A stretch of 64,000 nt of DNA from an uncultured Phycisphaerales bacterium (GCA_963844715.1 CAWJPJ010000007.1:416001-480000), one strand, 5' to 3'. Counted from the stretch's first letter, positions 34,394-46,704 are shown. The notes: generated from the sequence alone by a model not told the origin. Made by a program: numbers and translations.

Positions 34394-34743
34394 TGAATGT
34401 CGCTCTCACGCACGTACACTTTGCCCCTGCCTTTTGTCCGGGTGGACGGTCCTCATTGCAAATCCCACGACGCGTCAAAACGAACGTGCCACTCCCCCGC
34501 CGTAGCGAGGCAGTTTTCCGTTCCTCTTTGGCATTCCATGCTCCCGGATCCGACAAACGGCGAACGCACGAGCGGCGGGAAGCAATATGCTCATTTATGC
34601 TCCGGAAAGCAACCGATAAATGGGTCCATGAATCACGCCGAATGACTGCAAACGGCACATCCAGTGGGCGCAGTGTCCCCGTCAATCCTTTATCGACGCG
34701 TCATTTGAGCGTCATAACAAAAGGCGGGGGCGTATTTTCCGCT

Positions 34744-35685
34744 TCAATCGACTTGCGCAGATGGGTTCCAGAGGGGAAGCTGCTTTTCATTAAGAGCGGC
34801 GGTGGCGGCACTTTTGCCGCGCAATAGGCAGGCCCACTGATAATTGCGCAAAAATAGCCTGAATGACGGATCGTCGTAGCGGGGCTGATCCTGAATCATG
34901 CTTTTGAAATAGCCCCATAAATTGGCGATGGAGCCAATGACGACCGGAGGGTGGGCGAGGCGATAGACGGCGCTGGCGAGCATATAGAAGGGCCCGGTGC
35001 CCATGAAATATTGTCCGACTCCGTGGCGGACGCGGCCGGTCCACCAATTTTTGTGGCTGGTTCCCATGGGGCGAAGGTGGATGAAATTGAGATCGGGCGC
35101 GTCCCAGGAGACGGCGATCCAGCCGAGCATGCGGCAGCGATGTCCGTCGATGCCGTCCCACATGAGTTCGCGGACGAACCCGCCGATCTGCTGGAAGCAG
35201 CGGGTTCGATAGAACTTGATCATTCCGACGGAATTTTCGTCGCCGCATTTTTCGCTGATGAGGTTGCCGGCGTTTGGGCCGCGGAAATAGGGTTTTCCGC
35301 TGGCGGTGCCGATGCGGGGCTGGCGCTCCATGCGATCCATGAGGGACTGAAAATATTTGGGGGGGAGTTCGAGATCGAGATCGATTTTACAGACGTAGTC
35401 GAAGTCGTTGGGATTGATGGTTTCGTAGCCGTGGTAGAAGGCGTCGATGACGCCGCCGCCGAGTTTTCGGAAGCCGCGGTCGTCGCGGCGGAGGATTTTG
35501 ATGAAGGGGTATTTCGCGGCGTATTCGGCAAGGATGGCGGGGGTTTGGTCGGTGCTGCCGTCGTCGACGATGAGCCAGAGGGCTGGGGGTTCGGATTGAG
35601 CGGCGACGGTGTCGAGAGTTTTGCGCGCGAAATCCTGCTCGTCGCGGCAGGGGGTGATGAGGCAATATCGGCGGGCCTGAGTCAT
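34744..35685 (-). CDS. GT2 glycosyltransferase
   Basis: LITPCRDE, IVDDGSTD, KIDLD, WDGID. Confidence 0.9.
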   Translation of the reverse strand: MTQARRYCLITPCRDEQDFARKTLDTVAAQSEPPALWLIVDDGSTDQTPAILAEYAAKYPFIKILRRDDRGFRKLGGGVIDAFYHGYETINPNDFDYVCKIDLDLELPPKYFQSLMDRMERQPRIGTASGKPYFRGPNAGNLISEKCGDENSVGMIKFYRTRCFQQIGGFVRELMWDGIDGHRCRMLGWIAVSWDAPDLNFIHLRPMGTSHKNWWTGRVRHGVGQYFMGTGPFYMLASAVYRLAHPPVVIGSIANLWGYFKSMIQDQPRYDDPSFRLFLRNYQWACLLRGKSAATAALNEKQLPLWNPSAQVD

Positions 35686-36929
35686 GGGATGTTCATGGCC
35701 TGTTTTAATCGGGATTCGAGGCGATCGACATTGGCGGCGAGGGAAAATTCCGCGACCACTTTTTGCCGGCCGGCGGCGGCGAGATTTTTGCGAAGCTGCG
35801 GATCGCCGGCGAGCTTGGCGAGGGCCTCGACCAGGGCGGGGACGTTGCCGCCGGGGACGAGAAGGCCGGTGGCGCCGTCGTCGATGAGTTCGCGTATGGC
35901 GGGGAGATCGCCGCTGACGACCGGGACGCCGCACGCCATCGCTTCGATGAATACGACGGGGATTCCGTCCTGATCACCCTTTGCATCGGGGCGGCAGGGA
36001 AGGGCCAGGACGTCGGAGTCGGCAAGAAGTAGCGGGATTTTGGAATTGTCGACGTCGCCAAGCCATTCGATTTCGACGGAATGCATTTTGGCACGGCCGC
36101 GGAGGCGGCCCTCTTCCTCGCCGGAGCCCGCGACGGTGAGTTTGGCGGCGACTTTCCGGCGGTTGAGATCACCGAAAGCTTCGATGAGCGTGTCGACGCC
36201 TTTTTTTTCGACCAATCGGCAAATGGTGGTGATTCGGAATCGATCCGACGGGGTTGAGCTTTCGGCGGGGCGCCAATCGCCGGTTTCCACGCCGCAGCGA
36301 ATCAATTCGCATTTTGTCGAAATGTCGGGGGTGATGGATTGATACCAGTTCTGGTGCCAGCGACTAATGCACGCGACGAAGGCGCATCGCTGAAGTTTTC
36401 TAAGCAAAATGGCGCGGCGTTGGAATAGATCGTTGGCGTGGCCAGTGAAGCTAAAGGGGATCGCAAGCTGCCGGGCGGCGTACATGCCGACGGTTGTGGG
36501 AGAGTGGGCGAAGTGGCAGTGAATCCATTTGGTGCCGGCCTTGCGCAGACGGCGGGCGAGCCCGAGAGCGGCCAGGGCCTGGAGAGGGAGTTTGATACGA
36601 GTCAAGAAATTGGTCGCCTCGCCGGGGTCAATCGCGTCGCGGAAGGATGTAAGCAACGTGTTGATCGATCGAATGGGATGCGAGAATAATTCCCTGACGA
36701 TGTTCCCGAGCGTATCGAAGAGTCCGGCGCCGTAGACGACGATGCGGGATTCAAAGAGGTCTTTGAGTTCGACGGTTGGAGGCGGGGCATCGTTCAGGCT
36801 GACCGTGACGATCTGCCAGCCGCGGCGGCGCATTTCGCGGACTTCGCGGTAGACAAACGTCTCGCCGGGAAGGGGGAATTTCGCGGCGATGTAGGCGATG
36901 CGCCCGGGATGGGTGGAGGTGTCGGGCAT
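35682..36929 (-). CDS. GT4 glycosyltransferase (WcaL-like)
   Basis: FPLPGETFVYRE, HCHFAH, CRLVEKKG, DGIPVVFIEAMACG. Confidence 0.9.
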   Translation of the reverse strand: MPDTSTHPGRIAYIAAKFPLPGETFVYREVREMRRRGWQIVTVSLNDAPPPTVELKDLFESRIVVYGAGLFDTLGNIVRELFSHPIRSINTLLTSFRDAIDPGEATNFLTRIKLPLQALAALGLARRLRKAGTKWIHCHFAHSPTTVGMYAARQLAIPFSFTGHANDLFQRRAILLRKLQRCAFVACISRWHQNWYQSITPDISTKCELIRCGVETGDWRPAESSTPSDRFRITTICRLVEKKGVDTLIEAFGDLNRRKVAAKLTVAGSGEEEGRLRGRAKMHSVEIEWLGDVDNSKIPLLLADSDVLALPCRPDAKGDQDGIPVVFIEAMACGVPVVSGDLPAIRELIDDGATGLLVPGGNVPALVEALAKLAGDPQLRKNLAAAGRQKVVAEFSLAANVDRLESRLKQAMNIP

Positions 36930-37459
36930 TAAGCGACGGGGGTTGACTGCGTTTTGGGAAGAATGACGCGAGCAGGCACGCCTACGGCGGTGGCGCCCGG
37001 CGGGACATCGGAGAGGACGACGGACATCGCGCCGATTTTGGCGCCGCGGCCGACGCGCACGCCGCCCAGTACCTGGGCGTAGGCGCCGAATTCGACGTCG
37101 TCTTCGATGATCGGTGGCGGGCCGTCGTTGGTTCGGTTGCCGATGGTGACACCCTGCCTGAGCGTGCAATTGGAGCCGATGACGGCGTCACGATGAACGA
37201 AGATCATTCCGAAATGATAAATGCGCAAGCCGGGGCCGATGCGGCTGCTTCTGGGGAGACTGATTCCCGTCAGAGTCTCGACGACGCGGAAGACGAGCCA
37301 ATAGAGCCGGCTGCGGACTTTTCTGCAAACGCCGGGTTTGGCGGCTTCGATGCGGCGGCCCCAGCGATAGACGGCGATGGCCCATACGGATTGCTCGCGC
37401 AGCAAGGCTCGTTTGGGATAGCGTGCCAGATCGGCGGCCAGATCGGGGTCGCGGGTCAA
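36929..37459 (-). CDS. Serine-acetyltransferase-like (LbH) polysaccharide O-acetyltransferase
   Basis: IGPGLRIYHFG, TLRQGVTIG, IGAMSVV, AVGVPARV; TTG start with GGAGGT RBS. Confidence 0.88.
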   Translation of the reverse strand: MTRDPDLAADLARYPKRALLREQSVWAIAVYRWGRRIEAAKPGVCRKVRSRLYWLVFRVVETLTGISLPRSSRIGPGLRIYHFGMIFVHRDAVIGSNCTLRQGVTIGNRTNDGPPPIIEDDVEFGAYAQVLGGVRVGRGAKIGAMSVVLSDVPPGATAVGVPARVILPKTQSTPVA

Positions 37460-38634
37460 GCCTTGACCTCCTTGGGCGCGGCTTCCAGCGGCAGGGGCTT
37501 GGGCGCAAGGGGCAGGGCAGCGATGGGAGCGGCGGATTTGTATTCGATCAGGACGGCGCGACGTCCGGCGTGGTGATCCTGCCGCCAGCGCCATTGGCCA
37601 TAAACGGCGGCGAATTTTCCGATCATGGTAAAGACGGCCCAGGCGAGGCTGAGTTCGAGGTTGCGTCCGCGGCGACGAGCGTCGGCGGCGAGCTTCGCGC
37701 ATTGCGCCGTCCACGCCGCGATGCCCAGAAGCGCCAGCAGACCGCCGGCGGCGAAGACCGTCCAATCGGTCAGGGGCGCGACGATGATGGTGAAGAAAAG
37801 TGCGACGGCGATAAACGCGGGGATATACAGACCCCAAATGCGTGCGCTGCGCACTTGCGAGGCGAAGAGACGATCGGATTGGCCGAAGCGAGTGAAGACG
37901 TCGATCGCGCCGTAACCGCCACGGACCTGGCGGCGCCAGAGCTGGTAATATTTTCGGATCGCTGAATCGTGGAGGGTCATTTCGGCGTCGATGCGCCAGA
38001 TTTTCCAGCCGGCGTTGCGAAGGCGCAGGCAGAGTTCGGGTTCTTCGCCGGCCATGACGGAGGAATCAAACGGGCCGACCTGCCTGAGGGCGGCGATTTT
38101 CATCATGGCATCGCCGCCGCAGCTTTTGGCGGGACCGACGGGGGTGTTCCATTCGAGATCGATGAACTGATTATAAACGGAACTGTCGGAGTGCAATTCC
38201 CGGCGGCGTCCGCAAACGGCGGCGAGATCTTGCCGGGATTGAAGGTAAGCGCGTGCGGCTTCCAGCCAGCCGTCGATGACTTCGCAGTCGCCGTCGATGA
38301 ATTGAACGAAAGAGAGGTCGGGAGCGACCTGGGCGAGTTTTTCCAGGCCGGCATTGCGGGCCCGGGCCGCGGTGAAGGGTTGGCGGGTATCGAGATAGAC
38401 GACGTGAGCGCCTGCGGCAGTCGCGATGCTGGGGCTGCCGTCGTGGCTTCCGGAGTCTACATAAACGATGGCCGCGACTTTTCCGGCGAGCGAGGCGAGG
38501 CAGCGCTTGAGGCGATCGCCCTCGTTGCGGCCAATGGCGACGACGCCGACGTCGGCCAGTTCGCCCAATCGAGGAGAGGGCGTCACTTTGGGGAGCGGCT
38601 CGGTGAGGCTATGGAAGAAATCGATGTAGCTCAA
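37456..38634 (-). CDS. GT2 glycosyltransferase with C-terminal TMs (start possibly GTG 38586, or fused to upstream GT4)
   Basis: VAIGRNEGDRL, YVDSGSHDGS, ARARNAG, FIDGDC, GEEPELC. Confidence 0.88.
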   Translation of the reverse strand: MSYIDFFHSLTEPLPKVTPSPRLGELADVGVVAIGRNEGDRLKRCLASLAGKVAAIVYVDSGSHDGSPSIATAAGAHVVYLDTRQPFTAARARNAGLEKLAQVAPDLSFVQFIDGDCEVIDGWLEAARAYLQSRQDLAAVCGRRRELHSDSSVYNQFIDLEWNTPVGPAKSCGGDAMMKIAALRQVGPFDSSVMAGEEPELCLRLRNAGWKIWRIDAEMTLHDSAIRKYYQLWRRQVRGGYGAIDVFTRFGQSDRLFASQVRSARIWGLYIPAFIAVALFFTIIVAPLTDWTVFAAGGLLALLGIAAWTAQCAKLAADARRRGRNLELSLAWAVFTMIGKFAAVYGQWRWRQDHHAGRRAVLIEYKSAAPIAALPLAPKPLPLEAAPKEVKA

Positions 38635-39689
38635 GCCGATCGTGGACCAGGAGAATTTCCGCGCGCGAGGGCGCGGCGGTCGGCGATTTGCGCGGGGGTA
38701 TTGGCCTGAAGGGCGGTCTTTAAGCCGGCGACGACCTGAGCGGGGTCGGAGCCATCGACGAGGATGGCGCAGTCTTCCAGGGTCCAGCGCGTCACCTGCC
38801 AGTCATGGGTCACGATGGGCAAACCGGTGGCGAGGGCTTCGAGATAAGCATTGGCGGACGATTCCTCGCGGCTGGTGTGAAGAAACACATCGGCGCAGCG
38901 ATAGAGCGCGGGCATTTGCTCGCGCGGGATGGTGAGGCGCAGGAATCGATCGGGAAGCAGACGCGCGGCTTCAGATTCGATCTGGTCCTTGCATTCGCCA
39001 TCACCGGCGACGACCAGGAAAAGATCGTCTACGCGAGAGACCGCCTGAATCCCTTCTACGAGGCGCTTGGAGGGGATGAGGGCGCTGACCATCAGGGCGA
39101 TTTTTCGATTTTGCGGGAGGCCGAATGCGGTTCGATCGACCGGGCCGGGGCAGAAGCGATCGGGATTGACGCCGTTGGGAATGAGGGCGGAGGGAAATCG
39201 CCCGCGATGGCGCTGGAAAAATTGCGGGTTGGTGCAGACGAGCGCGTCGCAATTAAAGAAGCCGTATTCGGCGTCGTGGGCCTGGAGCATCCAGTCGCCG
39301 TTCTGGGTGATGAAAATGTGCTTTGGGCGATGACCATGGCGGCCGCGGCGCAAGACCCAATTGACGAAGGGGTAGGAGCAGGCGACTGTGAAATCGAAAT
39401 TTTCGGGGTGATATTTGCGTAGCAGTCCGACGGAAAACGAAAGTTCCTCGTAGGCGTAATGGGTTCGCAGCGGAGGGAACTTGGTCCAATCGACGAAACG
39501 CTCGCGCGGGGTGCAGGGAACGTATTCGTAACGGTAAAGCTCCCCATCGCGGACCGAGCCGGAGCCGAAGAGGGTGACGTCGTGGCCGAGTTTGGACCAT
39601 TGCCTGGCGAGTTCCTCGAACGCGGTTTCGGCGCCGCGAACCACGCGGTGGACGCCGGGGAGGGCCATGGCAATTCGGTACTGGTCCAT
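38631..39689 (-). CDS. GT4 glycosyltransferase (probable indel at ~38660)
   Basis: RGAET, IPNGV, SALIPSKR, ESSANAYLEALATGLP. Confidence 0.88.
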   Translation of the reverse strand: MDQYRIAMALPGVHRVVRGAETAFEELARQWSKLGHDVTLFGSGSVRDGELYRYEYVPCTPRERFVDWTKFPPLRTHYAYEELSFSVGLLRKYHPENFDFTVACSYPFVNWVLRRGRHGHRPKHIFITQNGDWMLQAHDAEYGFFNCDALVCTNPQFFQRHRGRFPSALIPNGVNPDRFCPGPVDRTAFGLPQNRKIALMVSALIPSKRLVEGIQAVSRVDDLFLVVAGDGECKDQIESEAARLLPDRFLRLTIPREQMPALYRCADVFLHTSREESSANAYLEALATGLPIVTHDWQVTRWTLEDCAILVDGSDPAQVVAGLKTALQANTPAQIADRRALARGNSPGPRSA

Positions 39690-39699
39690 AAAGGGAATC

Positions 39700-40669
39700 T
39701 TACCTTTTTTGAGCCGCGGGCCATCTTAGGAGCAGATTCAGGATATCGCGTTGGACGGCGAATTCCGGGGTGTCCTGTTTTCCGCCGAGACGGAGTTTGA
39801 GATAACGGAGGCCGAAGCTGGCGATATCGACCAGGCGGATAAACATTTCCGCGAGGCGTCCGTAACAGCGGCGCTGGAGCTGATAGCGGGCTTGCCAGGA
39901 AAAGGCGTTTTTGTGTTTCGCGGCGAGGCGCGAGGCGTCGCTGGAGGCGGAGCCGAGATGGATGGCGGCATGCGCCGGGGTCGTAGCGGACGCGCCAGCC
40001 GTGCTTCCAGGCGCGATGGCAGAATTCAGCGTCTTCGCCGTAGAAGAAGAATCGTTCGTCGAGAAGACCGAGGCTTTCGAGAGTTTGCCGGCGGATAAGC
40101 ATGAACGCGCCGCCGACCCAATCGACATCGCGGGCGAGGGTTTTTCGGTCCCAGCCGGGCTCGTCGAGATCGGCCCAGGAGAAGATGCCGGGGATAAGCC
40201 AGGGGAGTCCGAGGCTGTAGGCGGCGAGTCGCGCCGGAGTGGGGAATCGCCGCGCCGTGTTCTGAACGGAATGATCGGGATTGAGGAGCATGCAACTCAT
40301 GACGCCGATGGTCGGATCATTTTGCATTTGCTCGACGCAATAGCGCAGGACGTTGGGTTTGAGGACGGCGTCGCTGTTGAGAAGGAGGACGAACTGGGCG
40401 CGGGGGTGGGATTGCCTGAGGGCTTCGATGCCGAGATTGCTGCCACCGGCAAAACCGCGATTGACGGGGGACGTCACAAGCGTGATCCAGGTCCATCCGT
40501 AACGCTGGATGGCGGAGCGGAGAAAGGAGACGGAGTCGTCGCCGGAGGCGTTGTCGACGAGGACGACGCGGGTATCGGGGACGTCCTGAACCTGCGCGGC
40601 GACGCTGGTGAGGCTGTTGAGGGTCACCTGCGGGGTGCGATAGTTGACGATGACGATGCCCAGGCTCAT
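39700..40669 (-). CDS. GT2 glycosyltransferase, rhamnosyltransferase-like (indel at ~39972)
   Basis: IVNYRT, VDNASGD, NRGFAGGSN, LLNSD, DWVGGAFM, FFYGEDAEFC. Confidence 0.88.
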
Positions 40670-41987
40670 GCGCCTCTCCCTGAGGAAACTAATATGGGGG
40701 GCGATTTTTCCCCGGACGACGCGGCGTGCTTCTCGACGGCTTCAATGGTCCACTCAGCGCGGCGGCGATACCAGTTCTCAGCCGAATGATACTCCGCGGC
40801 GGCGCGCGCGGCGCGAGCCAATTCCGCTAATCGCATGGGTTGACCCTGTAGTTGCACGAGAATCTGGGCGGACTTTTCGATCTGGTTCAAAGGTAGGGGC
40901 AGGACGGCGTGTTCCTGATCGGAACGTTCTCGGACGTAGTCGATGTCGAAGGCGAGAAGCGGGAGGCCGGCGGCGTAGGCGTCGAAGATCATGCGCGGCG
41001 TGTCTTCGGCGATGGGGGTGAAGAGGAGCGCATCGCATTCGCTCAAACGCCGCAGAAGATGGTCGTCGTAAGGGGCGGCGCCGAGGAATCGGACGGAGGG
41101 GGCTACACCTAGTTTGGCGGCGAGGTCTTCGAGTCGCTTGCGCTCGGGGCCATCGCCGAGGATATCGAATTGATAATCGGCGCCCTGGGCGCGGGCGGCG
41201 GCGAGGATTTGCAGGCTTCGATCGACGCCTTTGCGTCCTACAAGCCGGCCGCAATAGACGAGGCGGATTGGGCGCGGGGATTGCAGGGTCGCCAAGCCAG
41301 CTTTTCCAGGGCGTCGAGCGGAACAATTTGGGCGGCCGAGTACGAAGTGTCGTGAAATTCATGCGCGTTTTTGGCGAATCGGCCGTATCGGCGAATGAGG
41401 GAGGAGCCTTTCAATAGGGAGAGATCGGCGCGGGCGACGGACCAGCGGCACATGCGCTCGTAAATCCACAAATACGCGCCGGATTTGGTTCTTTCGACGG
41501 TCGGTTGATTGGCGAAGATTTGGCGCTGTTGGATGACGTTGTCGGTGTCCTGGACGAAGACGGTTGCGATGTTGCGGCGGATGCCGGCGCGAAAGCCCTC
41601 GAAGGCGATAGGGCGATAGACGTCGTCAACGCCGGCATGAACGACTTGCGCTCGCGGCAGAAGGGACGCGAGATCGGCTTGCCAGCGGGCGCGCTGGCGG
41701 AGCCAGAATTCGCGGGCGCGGCAGCGCTTGTCGAAGCTGGGTTTTAAGATCAAGCCGTCCGTCGTCGGGGGAACTTCCACGAGGGTTTGCTCGGTTGTCG
41801 CCTGCGAGGTGGGAAGGCTGGGGGCGATGAGGGCGACGGGACCGAATCGTCCCTGGAAACTATCGCGGAGCAGAATGAGGGAGCGATGCCATTCGGTGGT
41901 GAGCAGTGGGCGGCTCGCCGTCGAGGTAGATGGGAACTTGGATGGGGACGAGATACATGATTGATAAGGGCGCCCGTGCGCCTTCAT
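40666..41987 (-). CDS. GT4 glycosyltransferase (indels at ~41950, ~41920, ~41295)
   Basis: YCGRLVGRKG, LGDGPE, EDTPRMIFDAYAAGLP; ATGA-coupled at both ends. Confidence 0.82.
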
Positions 41988-43376
41988 GAGCCGCCCGGGG
42001 CCGTTTTGAGCGGGAGGGCGGCGGGTTTCGCGTGACGCATCGGGGCCCGTGCGGTTTGCGGTTCGCGCATGGAGAAGGTGAGTCCGCAGATTCCGCCCGC
42101 GCCCAGGACGAAGATCGGGTTGATCATGGCATTGAAGAGATTGTCGCACATATATAGGCCGCAGAGTACGGCCAGCGCCGCGGCTGGGGCCGCGCCGGGG
42201 TGAATCCAATAGGGGATTGGAATTTGTTTCCAAAGGACGAAGATCGGGAGGATCATCGCCAGAGTCAGGGAGATGAGGCCAACGAGGCCGTTGTGACCCG
42301 AGCGCGATGATCCAGAGGGCGTCTGGAACGCCGATGCCATTGCCTTGGGCGTCACGCTGACGGAAGCGGTCCCACCCGGCCCAGCCGAAGATGGGTTGTT
42401 CCATCGCTCTTTGCACGAACGGTCCTTCGGAGAAAAAGCGGACGCGGAGGGAGTCGGCGCGGCCGGCGTTTTCGTGGCTGATGGCGTCGATGAGCCCTTG
42501 GCCGGTCCAAATTCCGGTGCCGCGGACGAACATATACGTTGGCGCGGCCAGAGCAATGATGAGGATCCAGATCGGCCAGCGGGTTCTTTCCGTGAGATAG
42601 AGGCGCGGTGATGCCCATCAACATAAGGACCAGGGCGCCCGTCGAATGGCAGAAATAAGTGGTCAGGAGGAGGACGAGAAAGATCAGCCACATCGGGATA
42701 TCCCAGACGGCGCGGATGAGTTTGGAGCGCCAGAGCCAGAAGGCGGTGATGGTGCAGGCGGCCATCCAAAGTCCGACGGCGAGGCCATGCTGCATGAAGA
42801 CGGTTGGGCGGAAGCCGGCGTCGCGTTTGGATTGGTCGAAGGCGAACTGGTAATAGCCGTAGACAATGTAATGAAGCTGCGGACTAAAGCGGATTTCGTA
42901 CCAGCAGAGAGGGCGCGTAAATCATGCCGCCGATGAGGACGCCCATCGCCAACTCGCGCAAGCCGGCGAGATCGTTGAAATAGACGCGCCCGATGAAGTA
43001 GGGCAATCCCCAGTCGGTGGTTTGATAGGAGACGGCGACGATGCCGTCATAGGGACCCAATCCGTTGGTGATCGAGGAGAAGAACGGGACGATGCACCAG
43101 ATGAGCATGGGGAGGTCCCATATTCGCGGGCGGAAGGCGAAGAGGGTGCGGCTGTCAAAGATGAAAGCGGAAATGATGCACGCCGAAGCAGGCGGCGGAC
43201 ATTTTGTTGTAGTCGGGGATGCCGTCGAGTTTGAGGTGCGACATCGGGAGGAAAAGCCAGGCGATCAGGAAGGAGAATATGACGGCTCTGCGCGGGGGAA
43301 GAACGGCGAAGAGGACCAGGACGAGGGGAACCCAGCCGAAAAGGGCGACGTAGACGAGTGCATTTCCCTCGATCAT
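41984..43376 (-). CDS. O-antigen ligase / Wzy-like polytopic membrane protein (many indels)
   Basis: Multiple TMs; FRPTVFMQHGL, HSTGA, RADSLRVR, QPIFGWAGWDR, DALWII. Confidence 0.75.
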
Positions 43377-44493
43377 CGGGCTGCTCCCAGGCTGTTTCCG
43401 TGGATGGGACCCTTGGCGATCGCGGTTTCAAGGGCCTTTTCCATGAGAAACGCGGCGTCCTGCCACGTATATCGGCATGCCTTAGCATATGCGGCATCGG
43501 ACATCTGCCGCCACTGCGGGTCCGATAACTTGAGCACTTTTGGCGATTCGATCGGCCAGGGCGGCGTGATCCTCGACTTTCACGAGGAAGCCGTTTTGGC
43601 CCTCGTCGATTGTATCGAGGGGGCCGCCCACTTCGGTGGAGACGACGGGGCATCGGCAGGCCATCGCCTCTAATGGAGGGAGATGAAATCCTTCGCTGCG
43701 GCTGCCACAGAGCCAGACGTCGCATTGTGCATACAGATCTCGAATTTGGTCTTGCGGGGGATTGAGCACGAATCGCGATTGCGGGACCGAGTGGTTTGTT
43801 TTCGTCGGCGGCTCGGCGCCGAAGGCGAGCAGTTCCAGATCAGGAACGGATTTTCTTGCTTCAGCGACGGCGGCAAGCGAGACGTCGAGGCCTTTGATCC
43901 AGTGGCGGATTGAAGAGCAATCCGACGGTAGGGATGGGATTGCTTTCCGCGCGGCGGGGCGTGGAAGAGTTCCATATCGACGCTGTTGGGGACACGGGAG
44001 ATTTCGCGATCGGCGAATTTATCGTTCGCCAGGTCCGCGAGCCAGCGCGAGATGACGATTTTGTGGAGCGGGAGTCTCCAGGCGGCATCGACGTCCTCGG
44101 CGTCGCCGCCCCAGGTTTCGTAATGCTGGATGAAAAATGCCTTGGCGCCCTTGGTCGGGGAAAGGTTAGAGATCCACGGGGCGGTTTCCCACCAGGTGGC
44201 GACGACGACATCGGCGTCGGGAAGATCGTTATCGCCGAGCGGGCGGTAGTGATCGATCGCGGTGTGCGGGACGCCGGTGCCGTCGAGGAAGGATTTGCCG
44301 GGTGTCCAGACGGCGGGGAGTTTTCCGGTGCGTAGGAAGCGTCGAGACTTTTCGCTCAGGCCAGCGGGTCGAGCGCGGCGGTGGAGAAGACTTCGACATG
44401 ATGACCGCGGGCGATGAGGTTGCGGGCGTGGGTGGCGATCACGCGCGTCCCTCCGCTGAAACCGGCGTAGGTCATGACGAAGGTGATCTTCAT
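43373..44493 (-). CDS. GT4 glycosyltransferase (many indels)
   Basis: MKITFV..SGGTRVIA, VVATWWETA, EGFHLPPLEAMAC. Confidence 0.82.
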
Positions 44494-45454
44494 GTGGTTT
44501 TCGAGTTTCCGGCTTTCTTCACAGCCAGGGCGGCAAGGCTTTTCCAGGCGGAGATTTTTCGCCGGCTGTGCCATGCAGGCGCGGAAGCCGAGGGATATCG
44601 CCTTCATTTTCTCACCGCTTTGATGATGACGCCAGGAAGCGCCGATGAGCATTTGCTGAGTTTGGTCGGCGGATTTTAGGGCGTGATTTTCCGTATTGCG
44701 CGGGAGGCTCGGGGGGCTTGCCGAGCTGGAGGTCGTCCTGGCCGCGGGATTGGCGCTGTTTTTGGAATTCCCTCGCGGTTTTTTCGAAGAATTCGCGCAG
44801 GTTATTCGCCTGGGTGTGGGTGACGGAATGGTCGTGCAGGCGCCAGCGGTAGGAAATCGCCGGGTCGAACCAGACGCGGAATTTATCGCCGAAGCGCAAT
44901 TGGAAGTCGATGTCGTAGGAGGTTTTGAAATATCCGCGGAATGGCGCGATGTCGAGCATTGCCTGGCGGCGGACGGCGTAGGTGCAGAAGCTGGTTCGGG
45001 TGACGCCGGTGCGGAGTTCGTCGGTGATTTCGCCGGCTGCGGAATCGCGATGCAGCCAGGCGATGGCGGCGCCTTTGCTGGTGAGCGTTTCCATGCCGCC
45101 GGCGACGGCGGCGCACTCGGGATGGGCGACGAGGAGTTCGGCGTGGCGTTTCAGATGATCCGGCGGGTAGAGATCGTCGGCATCGCAAAGGGAGATGAAT
45201 TGGCCGCGGCTGGCGCTGAGGCCGCAGTTGAGCGCTTCGGCGGGGCCGGGATCGGTGGTGTTGCGGATCACGCGAACACGGCGATCCGCGCCACTGCCGG
45301 TCAGGCGGACGCATTCATCGAATCCGTTGGCGTCGTCGATGACAATCAGTTCCAGGTCGGCTTCCGATTGGTTCAATACGCTTTCGGCGGCGGCGGTGAG
45401 GTATTGCCGCTGCGCCGACACCGGCATCAAAATGGAAAAGCGCGGGTCGGACAT
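44490..45454 (-). CDS. GT2 glycosyltransferase (indels near 3' end)
   Basis: FSILMPV, IVIDD, GPAEALNCG, CDADD, YDIDFQLR. Confidence 0.85.
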
Positions 45455-45461
45455 GATCGGC

Positions 45462-46704
45462 TTAGGTAAATTTCCATTTTGAACGCGTGAAGATCGGGCC
45501 CTCGAAGGGAAGGAGCGTTTGCCCGTTTCCGAAATAGTCTCCGAATTCGACGTCGACGGCGGTGGCGTGCTGAATGTAATCGGCGACGCGGCCGGCGCTG
45601 AAAATTTCCAGATCAATGTTGTATCGTCCGGAAGCGAGGGGAAGGGAATCGACGCGGCAGACCACGGTCTGGCGGCCGGGCTGGATCGTCATCAATTCCC
45701 CTTCGCAGCGCGAGCTGATTCCCAGAACGCGATACCCCTGGTCGGAATTGAACATGATGGTGACCGCGGCGCTCTGGATCGGCTCGGTGACGTTCAGTTC
45801 GATTTCAAAAATGACCGGCGTGCCTGAGGCGACGTGGCGGCCGGCTTCGGCGGGGCGACAGGTGAAACCGGCGATGGCCGGGGCCAGACCCTGAAAACGC
45901 GGGCGGCTGAGGAGATTGAGTTCCTGGGTTTCGCCGGCGCTGTTGAGATATTCGGTGACAACCTCCACGGACGGACCGATCGAGACCAGTTCTCCGTTGC
46001 GGAGATAGACGGCGCGATCGCAAAGCTGGCGGACGGCGCCCATGTTGTGGCTGACGAAGAGGACGGTGCGTCCATCTCCCTGGGCCACTTGCTGAATTCT
46101 GCCGAGGCATTTTTTCTGGAATTCCGAGTCGCCGACGGAGAGGACTTCGTCGACGATAAGAATTTCCGGCTCGAGATGGGCCGCGACGGCGAAGGCGAGG
46201 CGCACATACATGCCGCTGGAATAGCGCTTGACGGGCGTGTCGAGGAATTTTTCGATTTCGGCGAAGGCGACGATTTCGTCGAACTTGCGGTCGATTTCCG
46301 CCTTGTGCATGCCGAGGATCGCGCCGTTGAGATAGATGTTTTCGCGGCCGGTGAGTTCGGGGTGAAAGCCGGTGCCGACTTCCAAAAGCGAGGCGACGCG
46401 GCCTTTCATGCGGGCGAGGCCTTCGGTGGGTTCGACGATGCGGCTGAGGATTTTGAGGAGGGTCGATTTGCCCGCGCCGTTTCGGCCGATGAGGCCGACG
46501 ACTTCGCCGCGCTGGACATCAAACGAGACGTTGCGAAGGGCCCAGAAATCGCCCTCGGATGGGGCTTTCCCGCGCAGATCGGCGAATCGCTTGAAAGGCG
46601 CTTTGATCGCGGAGACGAGGGCATCGCGGAAGGTGAGGTATTTCTCGGCGCAGACCGAGCTGGTAGCACTTTCCGATGTCGGAGATGGAAATGGCCGGGC
46701 TCAT
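45462..46704 (-). CDS. wzt: Polysaccharide ABC exporter ATP-binding protein with Wzt C-terminal domain (indels in 5' part)
   Basis: GRNGAGKST, LLEVGTGFHPELTGRENIYLNG, PVKRYSSGMYVRLAF, IVDEVL, VSHNM. Confidence 0.92.

Noticed and set aside
34476..34491. Sigma54 promoter upstream of the TagA fusion (TGGCACG)
   Set aside because: The -24 box is perfect but the -12 position reads TTTT rather than TTGC.
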